The notes: generated from the letters alone by a model not told the origin. A stretch of 64,000 nt of DNA from Nitrososphaerales archaeon (GCA_030754585.1 JASMAB010000001.1:6523-70522); one strand, 5' to 3'; shown: positions 18,441 through 28,098, numbered from the stretch's first letter. A program made the numbers and translations.

Positions 18441-19517
18441 ATGAAGAAAACAGCAATAGTGGGTGCGACAGGTATAGTAGGGCAACAGTTTCTTGCAGCA
18501 TTAAATAATCACCCTTGGCTAGAAATTACAACCCTAGCAGCATCAGTAAGATCAGCAGGAAAAAAGTATAAAGAAGCCCTTCTGGACCCAAAAACGCAGG
18601 CATTACACTGGTATGTAGAGAAAGACCCACCTGCAGAATTTTTGGACATGGAAGTTGAGAATGCTGCGAATTTAGATCCCTCAAAGTTTGACGTTATTTT
18701 CACTGCTATTGAATCAGATCAGGCGAAAACATTAGAGCCTAAGTTTGCCAAAGAGAGTCCAGTAATAAGTACTGCATCGGCCTTTAGATATGATTCAGAT
18801 ATTCCAATAATTATTCCAGGGATAAATTCAGATCATATATCACTCCTGGATATTCAGAGAAAAAAAAGAAGGTGGGATGGATTCATTATTCCAATTCCCA
18901 ATTGCACAACAACTGGACTTGCAATTAGTCTAAAACCAATAAAGGATACATTTGGACTTAGGAGTGTGATAATGACTTCTATGCAAGCAGTTTCTGGAGC
19001 AGGAAGAAGCCCAGGAGTAGGCGCATTAGATATTACAGACAATGTTATCCCATTTATCCCAAATGAGGAACAGAAGGTTCAGGAGGAAACTCGAAAGATT
19101 CTAGGGGTGTTAGGGGATGGATGTGTTGAACCAGCTAATTTCAATATTAGTTGCACGTGCACACGAGTAAATGTTTTAGATGGTCATACAGAAAGTGTTT
19201 TCGCATCCACCAAAGAAAAGTGCAGTGTTAAAGGAATCAAAGAAACATTAGAAAAATACACTGGAATTCTTAAAGATGCAAGATTACCTTCATCACCTAA
19301 GAAATTGATAGTCGTACAAAAAGATCCATACAGGCCACAACCTCGTCTTGATCGTGATGCATATGGTGGTATGGCGACAACAGTTGGTCGAATTAGAGTA
19401 GATGATGTACTGAAAAATGGAGTGAAATATCTTCTGGTTACTCACAATACAAAGATGGGCGCAGCCAAAGGTGCAGTTCTGTTATCGGAGCTATTAATTA
19501 AAAAAGGATACATATAA
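18441..19517 (+). CDS. asd: aspartate-semialdehyde dehydrogenase
   Basis: 358 aa. Motifs IVGATGIVGQ, the active-site Cys in IPNCTTTGL and LDGHTESV. It lies in the thr cluster. Confidence 0.9.
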   Translation: MKKTAIVGATGIVGQQFLAALNNHPWLEITTLAASVRSAGKKYKEALLDPKTQALHWYVEKDPPAEFLDMEVENAANLDPSKFDVIFTAIESDQAKTLEPKFAKESPVISTASAFRYDSDIPIIIPGINSDHISLLDIQRKKRRWDGFIIPIPNCTTTGLAISLKPIKDTFGLRSVIMTSMQAVSGAGRSPGVGALDITDNVIPFIPNEEQKVQEETRKILGVLGDGCVEPANFNISCTCTRVNVLDGHTESVFASTKEKCSVKGIKETLEKYTGILKDARLPSSPKKLIVVQKDPYRPQPRLDRDAYGGMATTVGRIRVDDVLKNGVKYLLVTHNTKMGAAKGAVLLSELLIKKGYI

Positions 19518-19528
19518 TCATATTATAT

Positions 19529-19551
19529 ACTATTTTTAGGTACAAAATAGT
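19529..19551. promoter_or_regulatory. 8-bp perfect inverted repeat ACTATTTT-n7-AAAATAGT between asd and the Lrp gene
   Basis: Read directly from the sequence. It contains a T5 run, so it could be an asd terminator hairpin or an Lrp operator. Confidence 0.25.
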
Positions 19552-19611
19552 TATTATCGAATTAAAAATAGAATATTTATATTTATTAATATCATTTAAT
19601 TTAAGTTAAGG

Positions 19612-20079
19612 ATGCAAGTAGATAAAATGGTAAAAATTGATGATGTTGATAGAAAAATCCTTGAATCACTTGTTAAGGATGCTAGTATCTCTGTACCTAA
19701 ACTAAGCAAGAAAATAAATGTGAATTCTTCTGTATGCTATAGTCGGATTAAGAGACTTATACGAAGAAACATCATCAAGAAGTCTACAATTATAGTGAAT
19801 GAGGAAATCTTAGGATACCCAATGAAAGCACTTGTAGGTTTGAATACAGACATTAAGCATAGAGATAATATTCTTGGAAAGATTAAAAATCTTAAAGAAA
19901 CAAGAATAATTCAAGAGGTAACTGGCAGATTTGATATTATGGTGGAAATAAGAGCACGATCACTCGATGATCTTCACAAAATAATAACAGGCAACATAGG
20001 GCAAATAGAAGGAGTTGTTAAAACCGAGACTTTCATAGAAATGAAGACGGTTTTACAGGATCCTTCATTCTTGAAATAA
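19612..20079 (+). CDS. Lrp/AsnC family transcriptional regulator
   Basis: 155 aa. It has an N-terminal HTH (DDVDRKILESLVKDASISVPKLSKKINVNSSVCYSRIKRL) and a C-terminal RAM domain. Confidence 0.85.
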   Translation: MQVDKMVKIDDVDRKILESLVKDASISVPKLSKKINVNSSVCYSRIKRLIRRNIIKKSTIIVNEEILGYPMKALVGLNTDIKHRDNILGKIKNLKETRIIQEVTGRFDIMVEIRARSLDDLHKIITGNIGQIEGVVKTETFIEMKTVLQDPSFLK

Positions 20080-20126
20080 GCCAAATAGATTAGAGAATAT
20101 CAAACATACATTATTCAAACTTTTTA

Positions 20127-20930
20127 CTATTCACCCTGCCAAATAACTCGTTGTGGGAATGGTATCTCTACACCACCCTCATCCAACATATTTTTGATTT
20201 GCTGAACTACCTGTGTTCGAACCGTAAACCAGATTGTAGAAGGAGCCCACGCTCTTACTGAGAAGTTTACAGAAGAATCGGCTAGTTCATCCACGTATAC
20301 AAGTGGAGCTGGTTCAGCCAAAATTAATGAGTTTTCGTTCAATGTTTTTAAGATTAGATCTTTGGCTTTTTGTATATCCTCTTTGTAAGCAATACCTACT
20401 GTGATGACAACCCTACGTGCCACATATTTAGAATAGTTATGAATCTTTGATGTGAATAATTTCTCATTGGGGATTCTAAGATTTACTCCATCGAATGTTC
20501 GTATACTTGTGGATAAGATGTTTATTTCGAGAATAACTCCATATAGATGCTCATCAATTATTCCAATTGGATCACCAATCGAAACTGGTTTATCTATCTG
20601 CAAAAATATCCCTGATATTAGGTTAGCAACAACCGATTGAGTCGCAAACCCAATTACTATGCCAAGTATCCCACCTGCGAGTAACGCACCTGTAAAATCT
20701 ATGCCCAAATATGAGAGAGCAGCTAACGTTGCCACAATAATCATGGAATAATATATTATTCGTTGAACTAAATTTGAAGCATTTTCAGACATAACAGATG
20801 AAAGAATTTTATTAGATGTCATTTTAGCAAGTTTACCAAGCAAAATACCGGCGACAATAACAATAAGAGCAAACACCAGTTGCCCTGCAGTGAAATTAAG
20901 ACCAGGAATAGTGGTTTCTATCCAGTTCAT
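20127..20930 (-). CDS. small-conductance mechanosensitive channel (MscS family)
   Basis: 267 aa. It has three N-terminal TM helices and the MscS beta domain (PVSIGDPIGI..GVILEINILSTSIRTFDGVNLRIPNEKL). Confidence 0.85.
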   Translation of the reverse strand: MNWIETTIPGLNFTAGQLVFALIVIVAGILLGKLAKMTSNKILSSVMSENASNLVQRIIYYSMIIVATLAALSYLGIDFTGALLAGGILGIVIGFATQSVVANLISGIFLQIDKPVSIGDPIGIIDEHLYGVILEINILSTSIRTFDGVNLRIPNEKLFTSKIHNYSKYVARRVVITVGIAYKEDIQKAKDLILKTLNENSLILAEPAPLVYVDELADSSVNFSVRAWAPSTIWFTVRTQVVQQIKNMLDEGGVEIPFPQRVIWQGE

Positions 20931-21694
20931 TAGTACCCATGCTCCATTATGAATTTACCTGTAACACCGAAGCCAGTACGCTCTAAAATGCCTCTTCTGA
21001 ATTTCTTAACAGTTTCAGCAGCCACAGGTACTTCTTTTAGGCCACGTAATGGAGATTTGTTGTTTAAGAATAGTGAAGCAACATCATCTTCTCCGATCAC
21101 CAGATTGGAATCCTCAAGATAGACTGCGTCACCATCAAGATAGAGATCAACTTCATAGGCATCCATAACTATTTTGTTGATAGTAGCCCAATTTGGGCTT
21201 TTATTCTGGAACTTCATCATTATTGTAGCTTCCTCATATTGCATAGTCTTTTCTTCGGAAGATATACTTGAGTAGTGAAGTCTGCAGATATACCCCATAT
21301 TGGGTTGTCCATATAGCGTATATTTAGGGAATGATAAAGAGAATGCATCAACCATATAGTTGTTTTTTTTACTGATAGTGAAAACACCTATCTCTATTGG
21401 CATGGTCAGATGATGAATAATGTGAGAATTTGGAGGAAGTGCAACAGGAGGGTCAAGTTTAATCATGATGTTATGGGCCAATTGCCTAGGCATCTGGATG
21501 GGACGAACAGGGTAGATAGCAATCTTAATTTCCCCTTTTTTTGAAGAAAATATCGTTTTTGAAGTTGTTTTACCCATATGTTTACGCCGATATATATACG
21601 AGTCCCCACTGATATTTTCAAGTGTAATTTGCTCATCTTTAAACGAAATAGATAACCCATCTTTAATTGTATATTGACCAAATTTCTTCTTCAA
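20930..21694 (-). CDS. conserved-looking hypothetical protein, translationally coupled to MscS
   Basis: 254 aa soluble protein with no motif I can name with confidence. Its TAA stop shares one base with the MscS ATG (TAATG). Confidence 0.5.
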   Translation of the reverse strand: MKKKFGQYTIKDGLSISFKDEQITLENISGDSYIYRRKHMGKTTSKTIFSSKKGEIKIAIYPVRPIQMPRQLAHNIMIKLDPPVALPPNSHIIHHLTMPIEIGVFTISKKNNYMVDAFSLSFPKYTLYGQPNMGYICRLHYSSISSEEKTMQYEEATIMMKFQNKSPNWATINKIVMDAYEVDLYLDGDAVYLEDSNLVIGEDDVASLFLNNKSPLRGLKEVPVAAETVKKFRRGILERTGFGVTGKFIMEHGY

Positions 21695-21807
21695 AGTACT
21701 GCATCAATTTAATATCTTACAGTGATTAAAAGTTAGCTATTGATACTCCCTAAAGAAAAATCTTTTACTGAAGTATATTTAGATACGTAGGGAGACGTTT
21801 TTATTCA

Positions 21808-22494
21808 ATGTTAAACCTTGATGCATCGGAAAATATTGATACACTTCCTAGAAGCATAGTGAAGAAAATCAAGGCTAGAGTTAAATATGTTAATGATGGG
21901 ATTTCTAGAATCGAGAAAGCTTCAGGGATTACATATCCACCATACAATATTAGACCAATGATACTCTTATCTGAAAGTGCGGTTGAACTGGGGCAAAGGG
22001 GAGTAATTTACGCACGAGTTATTCCGGAAGAAGGCCCTGCTGGTCTTCTGATTTCTGTCGAACTTTCGGCGCCATTAGTTGCATTTGGATTGAAGGGAAC
22101 AATACAAGCAGTTTTAGCTCATGAGTTTATGCATTATGTAGAACTCGTAAGAAAATTTACCACTCTTGATATTCTTTCTGATGAAACGGTGGGTACGTTA
22201 CATGAAACAATTTATTCAGATTACGAAAGATTATATGAACCTAAATGGTTGTTCCAAGATAGAGGACTAATTAGACTTCTCAATAGCAGGTTTCTTGATG
22301 GACTCGTAGATGATAGATTAAATAAAAACACCTTAAAGAAATGGGTACAGAAAGATCTCCCATCTAAAATCTTGCCTCCAGATGCAAATGTTGTTAGAAT
22401 ACCAATTGCATCTATCCTTAGAACAAATTTTGATCCGCTACTAAAGAATAGACTTGAAGAGCTTGAAAAGATAAGGGCGGTGGCTAATGAATAA
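21808..22494 (+). CDS. hypothetical protein with HExxH motif (putative minimal zinc metallopeptidase)
   Basis: 228 aa with a single HEFMH motif (VLAHEFMHYVE). It overlaps the downstream gene by 8 nt. Confidence 0.5.
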   Translation: MLNLDASENIDTLPRSIVKKIKARVKYVNDGISRIEKASGITYPPYNIRPMILLSESAVELGQRGVIYARVIPEEGPAGLLISVELSAPLVAFGLKGTIQAVLAHEFMHYVELVRKFTTLDILSDETVGTLHETIYSDYERLYEPKWLFQDRGLIRLLNSRFLDGLVDDRLNKNTLKKWVQKDLPSKILPPDANVVRIPIASILRTNFDPLLKNRLEELEKIRAVANE

Positions 22495-24139
22495 TAAACA
22501 AGGCAAAAAAGGAACATTCAACAAAGCTGAAAAAGAAACATTACACAGGATATCGAACGATGTGGCATCTGGAAAAAAGATTGTAGGTGTTGCGGCATAT
22601 GGTTCCCAAGTAGCTAATTATGCAACTGAAGATAGTGATTATGACATCATTGTTGTGTTAGAGGATTATACTCCTAAAGTAAAATATTGTTACATCAAGG
22701 CAGAATTAGAAATATCAGCACTCCTTGTTGATAAAGAGATATTGATAGCTGATGCTCAAAGGGCATCTCTCGGAGAATTTGTTGCAGGTCGAATGCTCAA
22801 TATTTATCTGCCTCTAAGTGGGAAAAAATTCTTTAAAGAAGTTGAAAATATTATAAAAAAGAGAGTAATAGTTGAAGCGTTAAATGAAATCGGATCTTCC
22901 CTTGGTGAATTTTCGGAAGAGATACGTATCCCAGTAGAATATTTCTTGTTTGATAAACTCAAGAAACGTGCCTCTATTTACCCGCCTGTACTTTATAGCT
23001 ATGCCAAAACCTATGGAGATGATCTAATAGTAGAAAACACTGAAGCAGCGTGCCGAGGATTTCGTGACGCATTAAAAGACTTAGAGGTTAATGGGTTGAT
23101 AATATTGGAGAATGGTTTAGTAAGAATCATAGATAACAAATCGAAACGATGGGCGACCGTATTTTCAGGGATGATAAAATATACCCAAAGAGGATTAACC
23201 CAATATGCTGTTCATGGATATGCGGGAAGAGTTGGTATTAATATCATAAGTAAAGAAGTGATGTCTAAAATATCGAGGGTTAGGAAGGGATACAAGACCC
23301 CTGAATTAATAAAAAATCCAAAGGGTCTCTGGAAGCTAGATGAAGGGGACCTAATTGTAGGGGACGAAGAGTGGTTAGAGAAAGTTTTGGATCATTTTCA
23401 GTTAGTAGGAAAAGTCAGTACAAGTAAGGATAATATCGGTGATGCATATTCCGCTTCAAAAATATATTCTGTTAGAGATAAAGAACGTAAAGTAAAGTTC
23501 ATTGTAAAAAGATATGCAGATATAAAAGCAGTGAAGTGGGTTGCGCTTAACATCTGGGCGTTGATGTCAAAGCGGTTCGACATGAGTCCAATATCTAGGC
23601 TCTCAAGAGAGTACTCTTCATTAAAAAAGTTTAGAGAACTTGGGATAAATACACCAAAGGTTTTGGTAGTAGCATTTAATCAGAGAATACTCGTAACTGA
23701 ATTCATCGAAGGCTTAGATTTGGGTGGTGTACTTTCAAAAATACTTAAGGGGGAAAAGAACATGCTGAAATACATAAAATCTTATGGTGAAGAATTAGGA
23801 AAGGTACATAAATCTGGGTACACTCTTGGTGACACTAAACCAAGCAATTCGATTGTTTCCAACGGCAAAATATTTTTAATTGATCTTGAGCAAGTTGCAG
23901 AGGATGGTGATCCTGGGTGGGATATTGCAGAATTCATATATTACTCATCTAAACTCACTTTGGATGTTGAATCCGCAAAGCAGTTAACGAGCGAATTTCT
24001 AGATGGATACTTAGAATATGGAGAGAAAGATTCTGTAAACGAGTCGCTTAAGTTAAAGTACCTTGCTCCATTTCAGCCGATACTTGCACCTAATGTGGTT
24101 ACAGGAGTTAGGCGAGTAATTAAGAAACGAGCAAAATAA
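22487..24139 (+). CDS. fusion protein: N-terminal Pol-beta-type nucleotidyltransferase domain + C-terminal RIO/Bud32/lipid-kinase-like protein kinase fold
   Basis: 550 aa. The NTase signature is AAYGSQVANYATEDSDYDIIVV. The kinase-like elements are KFIVKRY (Lys), TEFIEG (hinge), LGDTKPSNSIV (catalytic loop) and FLIDLEQV (metal-binding loop). Confidence 0.6.
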   Translation: MNNKQGKKGTFNKAEKETLHRISNDVASGKKIVGVAAYGSQVANYATEDSDYDIIVVLEDYTPKVKYCYIKAELEISALLVDKEILIADAQRASLGEFVAGRMLNIYLPLSGKKFFKEVENIIKKRVIVEALNEIGSSLGEFSEEIRIPVEYFLFDKLKKRASIYPPVLYSYAKTYGDDLIVENTEAACRGFRDALKDLEVNGLIILENGLVRIIDNKSKRWATVFSGMIKYTQRGLTQYAVHGYAGRVGINIISKEVMSKISRVRKGYKTPELIKNPKGLWKLDEGDLIVGDEEWLEKVLDHFQLVGKVSTSKDNIGDAYSASKIYSVRDKERKVKFIVKRYADIKAVKWVALNIWALMSKRFDMSPISRLSREYSSLKKFRELGINTPKVLVVAFNQRILVTEFIEGLDLGGVLSKILKGEKNMLKYIKSYGEELGKVHKSGYTLGDTKPSNSIVSNGKIFLIDLEQVAEDGDPGWDIAEFIYYSSKLTLDVESAKQLTSEFLDGYLEYGEKDSVNESLKLKYLAPFQPILAPNVVTGVRRVIKKRAK

Positions 24140-24150
24140 TAATTTTCAGT

Positions 24151-24411
24151 CTATTTTTTAAATTGTGCATAGCCGCATTTACCACAGGTTTCTCGATCGC
24201 TATGCTCTGCAAGGAATACCCCTTTTCCGCAACGTGGGCAATCCTTCTTTATCTTTTGCACTTTATTTCCGTCAATCTTATAGAACTTCCAGATTTGTGG
24301 GCTGAATTTCTTCTTTTTAATTAATCTCTCTTTAGGAGATTTTTTGGCTGGTTCAATTTCAGCAGGAGTTTCTTCTAATTCTTTTGCTTCGGTAGTTGGT
24401 TTTTCAGACAT
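24151..24411 (-). CDS. rps27ae: 30S ribosomal protein S27ae (eS31) with acidic/Lys-rich N-terminal extension
   Basis: 86 aa with the zinc ribbon [24 protein letters not shown]. Confidence 0.9.
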   Translation of the reverse strand: MSEKPTTEAKELEETPAEIEPAKKSPKERLIKKKKFSPQIWKFYKIDGNKVQKIKKDCPRCGKGVFLAEHSDRETCGKCGYAQFKK

Positions 24412-24425
24412 AATTTTTCCTTTTG

Positions 24426-24926
24426 TTACGCTTTGGTTTCTTTAGGTAGCTCTTTAGGATTCTCTTGTGAATTTACTTTTTCATCTTGCAGCTCTCTAGG
24501 TGATTCGGTTACAGGGTTTTTTTCAGATTCTTTTTCTTGAGGTTTTTTGGCCTCCACAACTGGGGGTTTTATTTCTCCTTCTATGGGCGGTTTGGTTTGT
24601 GCTTCTCCAATACCTTTAGAAGGGGTTGTAGATTTTTCCGGTTTAGTTATAGTTGGATTATTTCTAGTCAATATATATTCAGAAATATCTTTCTTTGCGT
24701 TATTCTCGTTATCGTAGATATAAAACAATCCTTTACCATCACGAGAACCCGATTTCCCATCTATAGAAACAACATAGACCTGCTTATTGGTAATTTTAAT
24801 TTTCTTAGACAATGCTTGTACAGCATCAATACGGGAGAAATGCCCGTATGATCCTCTAAATATACACTTTACTTCCCTACGGCCTAAAAGTATATTCTCT
24901 TCATCACTGCTAACCTCTATTTCCAT
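24426..24926 (-). CDS. rps24e: 30S ribosomal protein S24e (eS24) with about 70-aa low-complexity C-terminal tail
   Basis: 166 aa. The N-terminal about 95 aa match S24e ([27 protein letters not shown]). The tail is rich in K/E/P/T. Confidence 0.85.
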   Translation of the reverse strand: MEIEVSSDEENILLGRREVKCIFRGSYGHFSRIDAVQALSKKIKITNKQVYVVSIDGKSGSRDGKGLFYIYDNENNAKKDISEYILTRNNPTITKPEKSTTPSKGIGEAQTKPPIEGEIKPPVVEAKKPQEKESEKNPVTESPRELQDEKVNSQENPKELPKETKA

Positions 24927-24986
24927 TTAGCTATCCTTGGAACCCACAAAATCCGCGGTATATTAATACCTTGCCAATAAGAAGTC

Positions 24987-25499
24987 TCACAGAGTTACAT
25001 TCATCTTATTTAGTATCGCGATAACTGATTTCCGAATTTGTTGATCTATACAGTTGATCACTAATCCAACATGTGGCTGGCCATAGACCACTATCGTTCC
25101 AATTGGATATAGTGCAATAATAGGGAGTGCAAGTAGGTCTTCCTCACCCTCAACAAATATTCGGACAGGCATCTTTTTAGATAAAGCATCTGAAACTGCA
25201 TGTAAAGATTCTTCGGTTAGGCAACTGTTGGGATTGTTTACTTTTATCAGACTTTCATAGTTGGATATTGGTAGATCTCTCTTAACCCTCATTTCACGAC
25301 CATCAACTACCTCGATGTCTGGGGGGAAACCCAGTGAAAGAAGTGTTTCAGTTGTAGCGTCCCCTACTGCTACTCTAAGAGAATTAGACTCAAATATTAC
25401 ATTGAGATTACTAGAATTCACCATTGAGTTCTTGATTAGTTTACCCAAAGGATGTCTTAATCTATCGCGTAAACTTTTCGGAAGTGGATATACTTTCAA
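24987..25499 (-). CDS. DUF359-family protein (archaeal GTP-dependent dephospho-CoA kinase family)
   Basis: 170 aa. Motifs LRDRLRHPLGKLI and VAVGDATTETLL..PDIEVVDGREMR. It sits in the conserved position between spt4 and rps24e. Confidence 0.7.
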   Translation of the reverse strand: MKVYPLPKSLRDRLRHPLGKLIKNSMVNSSNLNVIFESNSLRVAVGDATTETLLSLGFPPDIEVVDGREMRVKRDLPISNYESLIKVNNPNSCLTEESLHAVSDALSKKMPVRIFVEGEEDLLALPIIALYPIGTIVVYGQPHVGLVINCIDQQIRKSVIAILNKMNVTL

Positions 25500-25549
25500 C
25501 CGTTAAGATAATTATACGTAATAATATTTCAGCGTTACCAATTGTATAC

Positions 25550-25738
25550 TTAGCTTACTCTCAGTGCATATCTTCCAGACTTTGATATGCCGAGTGATTT
25601 GGCTACTTCTGACTTTTCAGGATCAAGTATTATAATGAGCCCCGCCCAATCTTTACTTAGATCTGTAGAATTACAGGCTGGACAGAGTTTGCCGCTTGCT
25701 AGGCTCTTACATTTTCTGCAAGCATATTCACGGACCAT
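25550..25738 (-). CDS. spt4: transcription elongation factor Spt4 (RpoE'')
   Basis: 62 aa with the zinc ribbon CRKCKS..CPACNS, directly downstream of rpo7. Confidence 0.85.
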   Translation of the reverse strand: MVREYACRKCKSLASGKLCPACNSTDLSKDWAGLIIILDPEKSEVAKSLGISKSGRYALRVS

Positions 25739-25749
25739 TTTCGTAGAAC

Positions 25750-26328
25750 CTATTCTTTCTTTGGTTTTTCAACTTTCTCAGTTGATTTAGGGATATCATC
25801 CGCTATCCATTCAAGAGCCCCAAGAAATGGCTGTCTACAGGTGACCCCTATTTTCCCCATAGAAGCTCCTCGACCGAGACTTACAGCAGTTATTCTAACA
25901 CGAACTTTTGAACCGACTTTCAAGGTTCGTTGACTTTGGCTCGCTTGAATAATACCTTGTTTTACATCACTGGTAAGATAATCATCAGTTATCTGTGATA
26001 GATGGAGTAATGCATCAGTAGGCCCTATTCTTATAAAGGCACCAAAGTCTGTTATTTCTACTATTTCACCTTCAACAATTTCTTGGAGTAACGGAAAAAA
26101 CGACAAAACTGAAAAATTAACCTTATGATACCTTGCCCCATCCCCAGGGATTATCTTTCCAACCGGGTCCAAATCTACATCAATTACTTGAATAATGTAA
26201 CCCATATCGGAGTTTATTGTACTTTCATATTTTGATCTCAAAACTTCAAGTGCAACCTTCTTAAGTTTGCTCCCAAACTTGTCTGGAGAAACTCTGACAA
26301 CATCATTTCTTTTTTCTATCTGAAACAA
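25750..26328 (-). CDS. rpoE: DNA-directed RNA polymerase subunit Rpo7 (E')
   Basis: 192 aa. It has an N-terminal Rpb7 domain and an S1 domain (GEIVEITDFGAFIRIGPTDALLHLSQI). Confidence 0.9.
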   Translation of the reverse strand: MFQIEKRNDVVRVSPDKFGSKLKKVALEVLRSKYESTINSDMGYIIQVIDVDLDPVGKIIPGDGARYHKVNFSVLSFFPLLQEIVEGEIVEITDFGAFIRIGPTDALLHLSQITDDYLTSDVKQGIIQASQSQRTLKVGSKVRVRITAVSLGRGASMGKIGVTCRQPFLGALEWIADDIPKSTEKVEKPKKE

Positions 26329-26404
26329 TCTATTAAGACCCCTAAACGATGAGGTACGATATAGCTATAGTTAAGAACCTTTTGCTAATTTAGTTTTAAA
26401 GAAT

Positions 26405-26785
26405 CTATGTTTTTTCTACTGCTATTATATTCCCACGTCGAAAAACTACTGTGATCCCAACTGCTTTCAGTCTCTTCCTCAAATTAGAATCCAAAGTTGC
26501 CACAGAAGCCTTTCTTGATACAGCACAATTCATGATCTTATCATCAACATTTTCACCTTCATCAAAGGTAATCTTTTTTATTTTTGCAGCAAAGTTCAAA
26601 GCACTCTTGGCAGACTTTGCAAGCTTTGGAGAAGAGTTCTCAGATAAGCTACGTATTTCGTTAATTACAGCATCTAAAACCACAAGTTCGACCCTGCCAA
26701 GCGATTCTTGTATTCCTTCTAATCGCTGTGATGGGGTGGATACAGCAAATATCAGAAAACTTGAATCTAGAAGTACTTCCACCAT
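26405..26785 (-). CDS. PIN-domain protein (Fcf1/Utp24-like endoribonuclease)
   Basis: Acidic PIN residues are present (LLDSSFLIF, ATLDSNLRKRL). The ORF is open to 26830, but MVEVLLDSS at 26785 avoids overlap with aIF2gamma. Confidence 0.75.
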   Translation of the reverse strand: MVEVLLDSSFLIFAVSTPSQRLEGIQESLGRVELVVLDAVINEIRSLSENSSPKLAKSAKSALNFAAKIKKITFDEGENVDDKIMNCAVSRKASVATLDSNLRKRLKAVGITVVFRRGNIIAVEKT

Positions 26786-26796
26786 ACTCGGATCTA

Positions 26797-28056
26797 CTAC
26801 AGGATTATTCCAGAACCAATGAGCCGCCATCTATCAGCAATTCGTCGAGTAACTGCGACCCTACTTCCTGGGGCTGCGCAAATGGGTCGTTTAAGGTCAA
26901 CGAAAATAATATTCCCATTTGTGGATCTAACTGGGCCCAATGTTACAGCGGTTCCTATATTCAAACGTAAAACCTCACCTTGCCGTATCTTTTCAACTTT
27001 GATCAAGTCTGGAGCACCCACAGCCATATCTAATAGCTGAGTTTCAATCTTGAGTGAATTATGCACAGGTGGGAGTTCGTTTGGAAGCCCAACTACGGAT
27101 CCAAGTAGACTATCTGCTCTTGTAATAGTTGGATCCAATGTTGTCCCTAAAGCAACTAATCCTCCGGTCTTTACATTCTCCACAAGTCCAACACTTGTCC
27201 CTAAACTAGAGATAGTTGTGGTAATGGGATTATAATTTTTGGTCTTTTCATCTTGGAATCCAGGTTTAAGAACGATTTCGTCACCAACATTGAATTCCCC
27301 CTCTGTAAGGGTTCCACCAATAACTCCTCCATGAATTTGGGTGATTTTCATACCAGGTCGATTAACGTCAAATGATCTTAGAGTCTGCATGAGTGGTTTC
27401 TTTTTTGTTTGTCGTTTTGGGGTGGGAATGTTTTCTTCAATCGCACCTATTAGTGCATCTATATTCAATTTATGATGACCAGATACAGGGATTATTGGAG
27501 CATTTTCAGCAACTGTTCCCTTTGCAAACTTCTTGATAGCTAGATAGTTTCTATCAGCTTCCTGATCATTTACAAGATCTAGTTTGTTCTGGGCTATCAC
27601 AATATGTTTCATACCTAGCATTTGTAGACTCAGAAGGTGCTCTCTTGTTTGAGGTTGAGGAACATCTTCATCAGCAGCTATGGTTAGTATTGCACCGTTC
27701 ATAACGGCTGCACCTGATAGCATAATGGCCATGAGACTTTCGTGACCAGGTGTATCTACAAAACTAATCACCCGTGATAATCTGCCCTCTTTCCCACAGT
27801 TAGGGCAAGACGTTGTAGTTGAGTAGTTTTTTGGTGGATCACATCCTCCACATTTGTAAAAGGCTGCGTCAGCGTATCCTACCTTAATGGTGATTCCGCG
27901 CCGCAATTCTTCACTATGTGCAGATGTCCAGACCCCAGTTATTCCTTCAACTAGTGTAGTTTTTCCGTGATCTACGTGACCTATGGCGCCAATATTAACT
28001 TCAGGTTGACGGGGTAGCCTATTTTTTTGAAGTGATGTATTTGCCTTGGTCGTCAT
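26797..28056 (-). CDS. eif2g: translation initiation factor 2 subunit gamma (aIF2-gamma)
   Basis: 419 aa. Motifs GHVDHGKTT, DTPGHE, NKLD and the zinc knuckle CGGC..CPNC. Confidence 0.95.
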   Translation of the reverse strand: MTTKANTSLQKNRLPRQPEVNIGAIGHVDHGKTTLVEGITGVWTSAHSEELRRGITIKVGYADAAFYKCGGCDPPKNYSTTTSCPNCGKEGRLSRVISFVDTPGHESLMAIMLSGAAVMNGAILTIAADEDVPQPQTREHLLSLQMLGMKHIVIAQNKLDLVNDQEADRNYLAIKKFAKGTVAENAPIIPVSGHHKLNIDALIGAIEENIPTPKRQTKKKPLMQTLRSFDVNRPGMKITQIHGGVIGGTLTEGEFNVGDEIVLKPGFQDEKTKNYNPITTTISSLGTSVGLVENVKTGGLVALGTTLDPTITRADSLLGSVVGLPNELPPVHNSLKIETQLLDMAVGAPDLIKVEKIRQGEVLRLNIGTAVTLGPVRSTNGNIIFVDLKRPICAAPGSRVAVTRRIADRWRLIGSGIIL

Positions 28057-28098
28057 CTATTAATGACGAAGGGAAGGGGGTATTTAATATTGCGTAAT

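Noticed and set aside
18441-19517. The Asd homologue as a malonyl-/succinyl-CoA reductase of an autotrophic cycle, since Asd paralogues play that role in some Crenarchaeota.
   Set aside because: The gene is the last member of a hom-ask-asd cluster next to thrC, and it has canonical Asd active-site motifs. Nothing in the sequence argues for the alternative.
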